From: a bacterium
Lineage (GTDB): Bacteria > Patescibacteriota > Microgenomatia > CAZETR01 > Amesbacteraceae
Length of the DNA stretch: 24,000 bases
Direction: 5' to 3'
NCBI GenBank assembly: GCA_030647735.1
Contig: JAUSIY010000056.1
Span: 4,243-28,242, forward strand
Shown here piece after piece: positions 15,067 to 21,868 of the stretch. Each line of letters begins with the position of its first letter. Positions within the stretch are counted from its first letter, which is position 1. The translations under genes and the position numbers were made by a program. The notes under the pieces are model-generated. The model was not told where the DNA came from and ran no database searches. It saw only the letters and a list, made by a program, of their open reading frames with translations.

Positions 15067-15330
15067 ATGGCTTACACGGTATACATTCTGCGCACTTCAA
15101 AAAACACTTTATACATTGGCCAGACAAATAATCTGGATAAACGGCTGGCTGATCATGCTGCCAAAAACCAGCATTCGGCCAAATATTTGAAGTATTTTGA
15201 TTCTTTCCAATTGGAATATTCTGAGACCCAACCCACTCTGTCAGCTGCTTTAAAAAGGGAAAGAGAATTAAAAAGCTGGTCTAAGGATAAGAAAGAGAAG
15301 TTGATAAAGGCAGCGGCTCAAGTGCTATAA
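15067..15330 (+). CDS. Stand-alone GIY-YIG nuclease-domain protein (UPF0213/YhbQ-like)
   Basis: YTVYILRTSKNTLYIGQTNNLDKRLADH and RERELKSWSKDKKEKLI match the family. I prefer ATG 15067 (87 aa) over the track's TTG 14974. The extension has no family support and overlaps the antisense DUF1761-like relic. Confidence 0.83.
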   Translation: MAYTVYILRTSKNTLYIGQTNNLDKRLADHAAKNQHSAKYLKYFDSFQLEYSETQPTLSAALKRERELKSWSKDKKEKLIKAAAQVL

Positions 15331-15331
15331 T
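15323..15331 (+). promoter_or_regulatory. Consensus extended -10 box (TGcTATAAT) 6 nt upstream of ATG 15338
   Basis: TG at 15323-15324 and TATAAT at 15326-15331. The box contains the GIY-YIG stop codon, and ccgctc then ATG follow. Confidence 0.5.
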
Positions 15332-15337
15332 CCGCTC

Positions 15338-15607
15338 ATGATTGAAAGTCCCCGGGTACTTACCGTTGAGTCACTTCTGGAAATGTTTGCCGGTGATCAA
15401 AGATCTAAAGACTACGGGTATCTCTTTGAACACTTCTCTGAAGAGTTAACCGTTCCCGCTATATTGGGAATGTTTGCTAATGAAGAGACTTTTGAAGGAA
15501 AGAAGGGATCGGAAAGCTGGCGCGAAACAGCTCAGGTGACCAGGAATGACAGGGGAGATATCATTTACGTTGTTCCGTATACAACCAAGTACATCGAGGT
15601 GTTATAA
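15338..15607 (+). CDS. Hypothetical 89-aa acidic cytoplasmic protein (orphan)
   Basis: Clean ORF with its own -10 box. I recognise no motif. Confidence 0.6.
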   Translation: MIESPRVLTVESLLEMFAGDQRSKDYGYLFEHFSEELTVPAILGMFANEETFEGKKGSESWRETAQVTRNDRGDIIYVVPYTTKYIEVL

Positions 15608-15685
15608 GACAAATTCCTTGGTTTTTGCTCTTACTATTAATGGGAGTTGCCAATTTTTCATCTTTATGTATACTGGGCATATTGT

Positions 15686-16297
15686 ATGAATAAAGCAGTC
15701 CTAGCAGTAATCGCGGTCGTTATCCTTGTAGGGTTGGGAGCATACTTTGTTATCAACAAGGGTAAGTCTTCATCGGGCCCAACGGGATCAACCGCTAATG
15801 AGCAAGCAACAACAGGCGCCCAATCCCTTAAAGAACTGTTAATGGGAGGTGTAGCTCAAAAGTGTACCTTTGATAGTGCCGGCAGTCAGGGCACCGTATA
15901 CGTAGGTAGTGGCAAAATGCGGGGCGACTTCACCTCCGCAACCGGAGGTCAGACAGTGCAGTCTCATATGCTGGTCGACGGAAACACTTCATACATCTGG
16001 ATGGAAGGTCAAAAGACAGGGTTTAAAACTACCCTTGATGCCTCTGCCGATGCTTCGGCTGATGCTCAAACAAACACCACTCAATCCCAGATAAATGTAG
16101 ATGAGAAACTGGATTACAACTGCGCTCCCGGAGGAGTCAACTCTACCATGTTTGATCTGCCTGCCGGAGTCCAGTTTTCCGATATGAGCTCTATGATGGA
16201 TGCGGGTAATGATACCGGAGCCGATAAGTGTGCCGCTTGTGACAGTGTACCTGCTTCCGCCAAATCCCAATGTCTGGCGGCTCTGGGATGTAACTAA
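15686..16297 (+). CDS. Membrane-anchored exported protein with six cysteines
   Basis: I prefer ATG 15686 (MNKAVLAVIAVVILVGLGAYFV = TM anchor) over TTG 15647. The Cys residues sit in KCTF, YNCAP, KCAACD and SQCLAALGCN. A TATACT box lies at 15669-15674. I recognise no family. Confidence 0.7.
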   Translation: MNKAVLAVIAVVILVGLGAYFVINKGKSSSGPTGSTANEQATTGAQSLKELLMGGVAQKCTFDSAGSQGTVYVGSGKMRGDFTSATGGQTVQSHMLVDGNTSYIWMEGQKTGFKTTLDASADASADAQTNTTQSQINVDEKLDYNCAPGGVNSTMFDLPAGVQFSDMSSMMDAGNDTGADKCAACDSVPASAKSQCLAALGCN

Positions 16298-16830
16298 ATC
16301 TTCTGTTTAAACAACCACTCAGCCGAATCAACCAGGTTTAATTTCAACAGTTCTTTTTTGGTGAACCACTTCGCTTCTAATACTTTCCCCTCAATATCTT
16401 TACCCAGTTTAGTCTGAGTAGTTCTTACCCGGTAAAAGAATATTACTGTGTGGTAATTAAACTTGGGAAAGATGGCTTCATAGAAATACAGAAATTCCAG
16501 TTTCTTTGTCTTGATGCCGGTTTCCTCCAGGATTTCCCTCCGGGCCGCCTCTTCCAGGGATTCGCCGAATTCTACCTTGCCTCCCGGAACTATCCACCAT
16601 TCTTTGTCCCCTTCCAGCTTTTCTCTCACCAGTAGATACTTGGGGCCATTCTGAGCCAACACCCCCACAACGAGCTTTGGTTTACGTAACTTCATCTCTT
16701 TTAAGATGGGCTCCGGAATAGGGCGGCAGCCGCATTCCCGACTATGATCTGCATGCCATTGAATCCTGGCCGACAGGCTGGCCTTTTTGAGCAAGGGGTA
16801 TTTACGGTGCCACGCAGCGTTAATTTTCAT
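16294..16830 (-). CDS. Nudix hydrolase with ~50-aa N-terminal His/Cys-containing extension
   Basis: The Nudix box is GGKVEFGESLEEAARREILEETGI. The N-terminal AWHRKYPLLKKASLSARIQWHADHSRECGCRP resembles a short module I have seen as a stand-alone protein. The gene sits 3 nt downstream of the dsbA-like gene and overlaps the convergent + strand gene by 4 nt. Confidence 0.86.
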   Translation of the reverse strand: MKINAAWHRKYPLLKKASLSARIQWHADHSRECGCRPIPEPILKEMKLRKPKLVVGVLAQNGPKYLLVREKLEGDKEWWIVPGGKVEFGESLEEAARREILEETGIKTKKLEFLYFYEAIFPKFNYHTVIFFYRVRTTQTKLGKDIEGKVLEAKWFTKKELLKLNLVDSAEWLFKQKI

Positions 16831-16833
16831 TAT

Positions 16834-17484
16834 TTATCTGGCAAGTTCCCGGTCAACCTCAGCTTTAAATTGATCCAAGGATAAGACCCCGATTATCTGG
16901 CGGCCGTTGATATAGAAAGTAGGCGTGGAGTTTACTCCCAGGCTATTCCCATCAGCTTTATCCCGGTACACTTTGTCAAAGAATTTATTGCCGTCCAGAT
17001 CTGCTTTAAACTTAGTCATGTTCAGTTTCAGTCCTTCGGCGTAGCCGGTAAAGATACCCACGGCATTAGAACTTGCTTCCCAGTCATTTTGGTGACTAAA
17101 CAACAGATCAAACATGGCCCAGTATTGCCCCTGGTCTCCGGCTGCTTCTGCCGACTCGGCCGCTTTCTGAGCATTGGCGTGTTGAGGCAGAGGGAAGTTG
17201 CGGTATACAAAATTCACTTGGGTAGGATACTCATTTAATAGCTGTTTAATTATGGGGTGTGCTGCAGCACAGGACGGACATTGGAAGTCCCCGAACTCCA
17301 CCAGAGTTACCCGGGCGGAATCAGTAGCAATCTTTTGGCTGTCAGAGCGGACCAGTAAAGCCTGGTCAGCCAAAGCCGCAGTAGTCGGTGTCGGATTCTT
17401 GCTGCCTAAAGTAAAAGCAGCCACTACCAGTCCCACTACTGAGGCAATCACAATTCCGATAATGATTTTGGCTTCTTTACTCAT
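16834..17484 (-). CDS. DsbA-family thiol:disulfide oxidoreductase, membrane-anchored
   Basis: It has a TM anchor, the active site FGDFQCPSCAA (CxxC), and STPTFYINGR (cis-Pro loop region). I prefer ATG 17484, which forms an ATGA overlap with the dsbB-like stop, over the track start at 17520. Confidence 0.87.
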   Translation of the reverse strand: MSKEAKIIIGIVIASVVGLVVAAFTLGSKNPTPTTAALADQALLVRSDSQKIATDSARVTLVEFGDFQCPSCAAAHPIIKQLLNEYPTQVNFVYRNFPLPQHANAQKAAESAEAAGDQGQYWAMFDLLFSHQNDWEASSNAVGIFTGYAEGLKLNMTKFKADLDGNKFFDKVYRDKADGNSLGVNSTPTFYINGRQIIGVLSLDQFKAEVDRELAR

Positions 17485-17915
17485 TTTTTGATCCGGGTGC
17501 GGTAGTAGATTAACATACACACGTTAATCACGGTATATGCAATTAAAGACAACAGGGGAATAGATAACCAACCCCACCAGACATTAAACCGGGTGGTGCA
17601 GGATACTCCGGACGTACAGGGAATCAGGGCTTCATTAACTATATGGTAGTAAATCAGGTTGTGATAAAGAGCAATAACCCAGCCAATTAAAGACAATGGC
17701 AAAACGTAACGGTACACCCGTTTATCTTTATGGATTATGCCTATAGCCAAAATAGCTACTAAAGGATACATGCCAATGCGCTGATACCAGCACAGCACAC
17801 AGGGAGTGAATTTGCGGATCTCAGAAAAGTATAAACTACCCAGAGTGGCCACCAATGCCTGTCCCCAGGCAATATACAGAACGTGAGTTTTAATCCATGT
17901 CACAAGTTTTCGCAT
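17481..17915 (-). CDS. Disulfide bond formation protein B (DsbB/BdbC-type)
   Basis: Four TM segments, a first-loop TPCVLCWYQRIGMYP (CxxC) and a second-loop pair CTSGVSC. I prefer ATG 17915 over TTG 17921 because of the -10 box at 17922-17930. Confidence 0.85.
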   Translation of the reverse strand: MRKLVTWIKTHVLYIAWGQALVATLGSLYFSEIRKFTPCVLCWYQRIGMYPLVAILAIGIIHKDKRVYRYVLPLSLIGWVIALYHNLIYYHIVNEALIPCTSGVSCTTRFNVWWGWLSIPLLSLIAYTVINVCMLIYYRTRIKK

Positions 17916-17921
17916 TGACAA

Positions 17922-17930
17922 ATTTTAACA
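17922..17930 (-). promoter_or_regulatory. Extended -10 box (TGtTAAAAT on - strand) 6 nt upstream of ATG 17915
   Basis: The reverse complement of 17922-17930 reads TGTTAAAAT, followed by ttgtca and then ATG. Confidence 0.45.
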
Positions 17931-17939
17931 CTTTGCTTG

Positions 17940-17948
17940 TGATAGTAT
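17940..17948 (+). promoter_or_regulatory. Extended -10 box (TGaTAGTAT) 6 nt upstream of GTG 17955
   Basis: TG at 17940-17941 and TAGTAT at 17943-17948, followed by aaagct and then GTG. It sits back-to-back with the dsbB promoter. Confidence 0.4.
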
Positions 17949-17954
17949 AAAGCT

Positions 17955-18107
17955 GTGGATAAAAAGATTGATACGGCCTTACCAATTCTAGCTGCTTTGC
18001 TGGTATTGTTTTCTTCTCTCTGGCGGCCAGAAACTACTTTAGCAGTATCAATAGTATCGCTTATCGTTTTAGCAGGATATTATTACCTTAAACCCCGGCG
18101 TAAGTAA
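17955..18107 (+). CDS. Candidate 50-aa two-TM small membrane protein (not in ORF track)
   Basis: The sequence is VDKKIDTALPILAALLVLFSSLWRPETTLAVSIVSLIVLAGYYYLKPRRK followed by a stop. It has two hydrophobic helices, a basic C-terminus and the promoter geometry used by other genes here. The GTG start and short length keep confidence low. Confidence 0.35.
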   Translation: MDKKIDTALPILAALLVLFSSLWRPETTLAVSIVSLIVLAGYYYLKPRRK

Positions 18108-18110
18108 CTC

Positions 18111-18119
18111 TGGTATATA
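18111..18119 (+). promoter_or_regulatory. Extended -10 box (TGgTATATA) 8 nt upstream of ATG 18128
   Basis: TG at 18111-18112 and TATATA at 18114-18119, with no SD before the ATG. Confidence 0.42.
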
Positions 18120-18127
18120 CTTTAATT

Positions 18128-18526
18128 ATGAAAGGGTCCGTAGACAATATTGAAAAGCTAGCCTTGGCCAATACCAAGTTCCGCCAGGTACTGTATACCT
18201 CTAAGCACACCCAACTGGTGCTGATGAGTATTCCGGTAGGTGGGGAGATCGGGGCAGAAGTTCACCAGGATGTAGATCAATTCTTCAGAGTCGAAAAGGG
18301 AGCCGGTAAAGCCACCCTGGATGGAACAGAACACGAGATTTCCGATGGCATGGTAGTTTTAGTCCCGGCCGGTATCAATCACAACATTGTGAACTCTTCT
18401 CCCACCGACCCTTTGCAGCTCTATACCTTATACAGCCCTCCCAACCACAAGGATAAAGTAGAACATGCAACTAAAGCCGAAGCAGAAGCTGATAATGAAC
18501 ATTTCGATGGCCAAACTACCGAATAA
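18128..18526 (+). CDS. Cupin-domain protein
   Basis: 132 aa. GGEIGAEVHQDVDQFFRVEKGAG and VLVPAGINHNIVN are the two cupin motifs, and the C-terminal tail is acidic. Confidence 0.85.
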   Translation: MKGSVDNIEKLALANTKFRQVLYTSKHTQLVLMSIPVGGEIGAEVHQDVDQFFRVEKGAGKATLDGTEHEISDGMVVLVPAGINHNIVNSSPTDPLQLYTLYSPPNHKDKVEHATKAEAEADNEHFDGQTTE

Positions 18527-18980
18527 TCTCAAATTAGTCTCCACCATCGGTATCTGTCTGGCGGCCGGAGCCTTGGGATCCGTGTTTACCACCCCGGCTA
18601 TCGGCAGTTGGTATTCCACTTTAGTAAAACCCTCGTTTAATCCGCCCAACTGGTTATTTGCTCCGGTCTGGACCAGTCTGTATATCCTGATGGGCATAGC
18701 CTGGTATTTGGTTTGGAAGAAACCGGGAAAAAAATCAATTTTGGCCAATAGAATATTTTTGTTTCAATTGGGCCTGAATGTGCTGTGGTCATATCTGTTC
18801 TTCGGTCTGCACCAACCCTTATGGGCTGTAATAGAAATAGTCGTGTTATGGTTGGCCATTGCCGCAACCATCAAGACTTTTGCGTACGTATCAAAGCCGG
18901 CTGCCTACCTGCTGCTGCCGTATCTGGTTTGGGTGACTTTTGCCTCATTTCTGAATCTGAATATTGTCCTGTTGAACTAG
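18507..18980 (+). CDS. tspO: TspO/MBR family tryptophan-rich sensory protein
   Basis: Five TM segments. PSFNPPNWLFAPVWTSLYILMGIAWYLVW and LWSYLFFG are family hallmarks. I prefer ATG 18507 (157 aa), which gives a 20-nt overlap with the cupin gene. The track start at 18465 adds a non-hydrophobic extension. Confidence 0.86.
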   Translation: MAKLPNNLKLVSTIGICLAAGALGSVFTTPAIGSWYSTLVKPSFNPPNWLFAPVWTSLYILMGIAWYLVWKKPGKKSILANRIFLFQLGLNVLWSYLFFGLHQPLWAVIEIVVLWLAIAATIKTFAYVSKPAAYLLLPYLVWVTFASFLNLNIVLLN

Positions 18981-18990
18981 TTGCCCACGG

Positions 18991-19020
18991 TTGCAATCAT
19001 TTTCCAAATAGTGTTACTAT
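18991..19020 (+). promoter_or_regulatory. Promoter TTGCAA-18-TGtTACTAT, 6 nt upstream of ATG 19027
   Basis: -35-like TTGCAA at 18991-18996, TG at 19012-19013 and TACTAT at 19015-19020, followed by caatat and then ATG. Confidence 0.45.
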
Positions 19021-19026
19021 CAATAT

Positions 19027-19275
19027 ATGATGTGGTATTCAAACATGATGGGCTGGGGGAACAACTGGTCCATGATGCCTTCCTCTTTGACGGGTATTTT
19101 AGGACTGTTAACCCCCTTTGCTATCCTGGACCTGGTCCTTAAAGGATTTGCTCTGTGGCGGGCAGCCAAAAGAAGCGAGAACGTGTGGTTTATCATTCTT
19201 CTGGTCGTTAACTCCTTAGGCATCCTGCCGGCAGTGTATCTGTTGACTCACAAAGACAAACCCGGAAAAAAATAA
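19027..19275 (+). CDS. Small 2-3 TM membrane protein, DUF5652-like
   Basis: 82 aa. ILDLVLKGFALWRAAKRSENVWFIILLVVNSLGILPAVYLL matches my memory of the DUF5652 pattern common in CPR genomes. Confidence 0.68.
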   Translation: MMWYSNMMGWGNNWSMMPSSLTGILGLLTPFAILDLVLKGFALWRAAKRSENVWFIILLVVNSLGILPAVYLLTHKDKPGKK

Positions 19276-20240
19276 TGCACAAAGGGGTAATTCCGCTGAT
19301 TGCCTTAATTATTGGTTTCATCGTCGCTATTTTGGTGGCTTTAGGTTGGAATGATAATCCTCTGGTAAAACTATTGCCTACGCCCACCCCTGAGGTAACT
19401 TTGGCCCTTCCTCCCACTCCCACGCCGACTGCCATTCCCACACCAACCGCCAAGCCATCACCTAAACCAACTCCCACCATTAAACCCTCTCCTGTGCCTA
19501 CCTCCACTCCGATAGCTCCGGCAGTTTCCGGTCCGCCAGGGACTGGCTTAAGCACTATTACAGTAGCTACAGAACTGGGTAACTTCCGGGCTACTGTCCT
19601 GTCTTTAGACATGGGTTCTACCCGGATGATCACCGAAACCGGTAATGACGGTGATTGCGGTAGTGGCTGTGTAACTTTGCCTCTGGCCACATATGTATCC
19701 CGAAACGGCGGCTTTGCCGGAGTCAACGGGACCTACTTCTGTCCGGCGGCCTACCCGGAGTGTTCCGGTAAAACCGACTCGTTTGATTTTCCGGTTTACA
19801 ACACCCGCCTGGGGCATTGGATAAACTCCAATACTTTAGGCTGGAACGGCCGAGCCATTTTCTATACCGACGGCTCAGGTGCCCACTATCAGCAGAATTC
19901 CGCAGGCTTTGGCGGAGGACTAAATGCCGGCATCATCAATTATCCGGGCCTGGTAGACGGGGGCAATGTGCAGATTGATTCCAACCAGTCGGGGCTATCG
20001 GATAAGCAAAAAGGCGTGGGTACCAAAGTAGGTATCGGCACCCGAAATCCCAGCAACGTCATGGTGGTCATTGCCTACAGCGTCAACATGCAGCAGTTTG
20101 CCTACGTCTTTAAAGCTTTGGGAGCAACGGGAGCACTAAACCTGGATGACGGCGGATCAACAGCTTTGTATTACCAGGGCCGCTACGTAGCCGGACCGGG
20201 GCGCAATCTGCCTAACTCTGTCGTCTTTGCTCCTAAATAA
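19275..20240 (+). CDS. Membrane-anchored phosphodiester glycosidase family protein (DUF2233/NAGPA-like)
   Basis: It has a TAATG overlap with the upstream gene, a TM anchor and a long PT-rich linker. The catalytic-domain motifs are GFAGVNGTYF and GALNLDDGGSTALYY. Confidence 0.8.
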   Translation: MHKGVIPLIALIIGFIVAILVALGWNDNPLVKLLPTPTPEVTLALPPTPTPTAIPTPTAKPSPKPTPTIKPSPVPTSTPIAPAVSGPPGTGLSTITVATELGNFRATVLSLDMGSTRMITETGNDGDCGSGCVTLPLATYVSRNGGFAGVNGTYFCPAAYPECSGKTDSFDFPVYNTRLGHWINSNTLGWNGRAIFYTDGSGAHYQQNSAGFGGGLNAGIINYPGLVDGGNVQIDSNQSGLSDKQKGVGTKVGIGTRNPSNVMVVIAYSVNMQQFAYVFKALGATGALNLDDGGSTALYYQGRYVAGPGRNLPNSVVFAPK

Positions 20241-20267
20241 GATAAGATCTCCGGAATAAGATAAGAT
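20236..20267. repeat. Two exact 13-bp direct repeats AATAAGATAAGAT (each a TAAGA doublet) just upstream of the DipZ-like ATG
   Basis: The copies lie at 20236-20248 and 20255-20267, separated by ctccgg. The second copy ends 8 nt before ATG 20276. Confidence 0.75.
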
Positions 20268-20275
20268 AAATAAAT

Positions 20276-21868
20276 ATGTTTCTGCTGGTGGGGTTTGCTT
20301 TCATTGCCGGAGTAGTCACCATTTTGTCTCCCTGTATTTTACCGGTGTTGCCTCTGGTCCTGTCGGGCTCAGTTACCGGGAATAAGCGGCGGCCCTGGGG
20401 TGTGGTCATTGGATTTATTGCCAGCTTCACTTTCTTCACTTTGTTTTTAAGTTCCCTGGTGAAGTTTTTAGGTATTCCTGCCGATTGGTTGCGGTGGTTA
20501 GCGGTGGCGGTCATTGCCGGATTCGGATTGGCTCTGGTTCTGCCCCAGTGGCAACTGCTGGTCGAAAAACTATTTGCCAGATTAGCTAACCTCGCCCCCA
20601 AAACTGCCAGATCAGGTTTCGGGGGCGGGATTCTCATCGGCCTGAGTTTAGGCCTGGTATGGACCCCCTGCGTGGGACCGATACTGGCAGCCATTATTTC
20701 TTTGGCCTTTGCAGGAACCGTTTCGGGCAGTGCCGTGATTATTACTCTGGCGTATGCTACCGGCACCGCCATACCGCTGTTGGCCATCGTCATGGGTGGC
20801 CGGGCTCTTCTGGAGCGTAACCGCTGGTTAGTCAGGAATTCGGCTGTCATCCAGAGAGGTTTCGGAATATTAATGATGGTAACGGCTGTAGCTATTCTGC
20901 TTAACTGGGATCGCCAGTTTCAAACCTGGGTGCTGAACAAATTCCCAGCATACGGGGCCGGTCTGACTCTGATTGAAGACAACCCGGCCGTAAATGCCCG
21001 ATTAGGAAATCTGAGCACTGGTGGATCTGCCCCGTTACGGATATTGGGTCCGGCCCCGGAACTAATCCTAGGCGGCCAATGGTTTAATTCTCCTCCTCTA
21101 AAGCTTGCCGATTTAAAAGGCAAAGTAGTCTTAATAGATTTCTGGACCTATACCTGTATTAACTGCATCAGAAGTCTGCCTTACGTTAAATCCTGGTCTG
21201 AGAAGTATGCCGACTCGGGTCTGGTGGTAATCGGAGTTCATACTCCCGAATTTGAGTTTGAAAAGAATCCCGATAATGTAGCCAAAGCCATTGCCGATTT
21301 CGGCATCAAGTATCCGGTAATGCAGGACAACGCTTACGCTACCTGGAATGCTTACTCGAACAACTATTGGCCGGCCGAATATTTCATCGACAGCACGGGT
21401 AAACTGCGGCATACCCATTTCGGTGAGGGAGACTACGATGAGTCGGAAGCCATGATTCAAAAACTGTTAACTGAAGCGGGTTTATTAAAAGAGGAGATGC
21501 TGATTGCCAATCCGGTGTATCAGGTGACTGCCCGGACCCCGGAACTGTATTTGGGATCCCTGCGGTATCAGCCCGGCTGGTTCGCCTTAGAAGGAGACTG
21601 GCGTCAAAGTGAAGAATATAATTCCCCCCAACCCGGAGCCAGCCTGACCTTAAATTTTGAGGCCAAGGATGTATACCTGGTGATGCGTTCAAATCAAGCT
21701 CAAGCAGGGTTAGTCAAAGTATTTTTAGACGGCCAATTGTTAACGGAAATAAGCGTTTTGGAGGATAAACTGTATCAGCTGGTCAAATTAGATTCCCCGG
21801 GTAAACACATTCTCAAACTGGAGTTTCCTTCGGACAGGGTAGACCTATTTGCCTTTACATTCGGATAG
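20276..21868 (+). CDS. DipZ-like fusion: CcdA/DsbD-type transmembrane electron transporter, thioredoxin-like domain and C-terminal beta-rich domain
   Basis: 530 aa. The CcdA half-motifs are LSPCILPVLP and WTPCVGPIL in the TM region. FWTYTCINCIRSLP (CxxC) and NYWPAEYFID fit a TlpA/ResA-like fold. The C-terminal ~120 aa extension parallels mycobacterial DipZ. Confidence 0.86.
   Translation: MFLLVGFAFIAGVVTILSPCILPVLPLVLSGSVTGNKRRPWGVVIGFIASFTFFTLFLSSLVKFLGIPADWLRWLAVAVIAGFGLALVLPQWQLLVEKLFARLANLAPKTARSGFGGGILIGLSLGLVWTPCVGPILAAIISLAFAGTVSGSAVIITLAYATGTAIPLLAIVMGGRALLERNRWLVRNSAVIQRGFGILMMVTAVAILLNWDRQFQTWVLNKFPAYGAGLTLIEDNPAVNARLGNLSTGGSAPLRILGPAPELILGGQWFNSPPLKLADLKGKVVLIDFWTYTCINCIRSLPYVKSWSEKYADSGLVVIGVHTPEFEFEKNPDNVAKAIADFGIKYPVMQDNAYATWNAYSNNYWPAEYFIDSTGKLRHTHFGEGDYDESEAMIQKLLTEAGLLKEEMLIANPVYQVTARTPELYLGSLRYQPGWFALEGDWRQSEEYNSPQPGASLTLNFEAKDVYLVMRSNQAQAGLVKVFLDGQLLTEISVLEDKLYQLVKLDSPGKHILKLEFPSDRVDLFAFTFG

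Noticed and set aside
19208-20850. Long - strand ORFs 19208..19726 (172 aa) and 20233..20850 (205 aa)
   Set aside because: They lie antisense to well-supported + strand genes (phosphodiester glycosidase, DipZ-like). Their translations are low-complexity (G/V/P/R/A-rich) mirror images of PT-linker and TM-coding DNA, with no motifs. I treat them as shadow ORFs.
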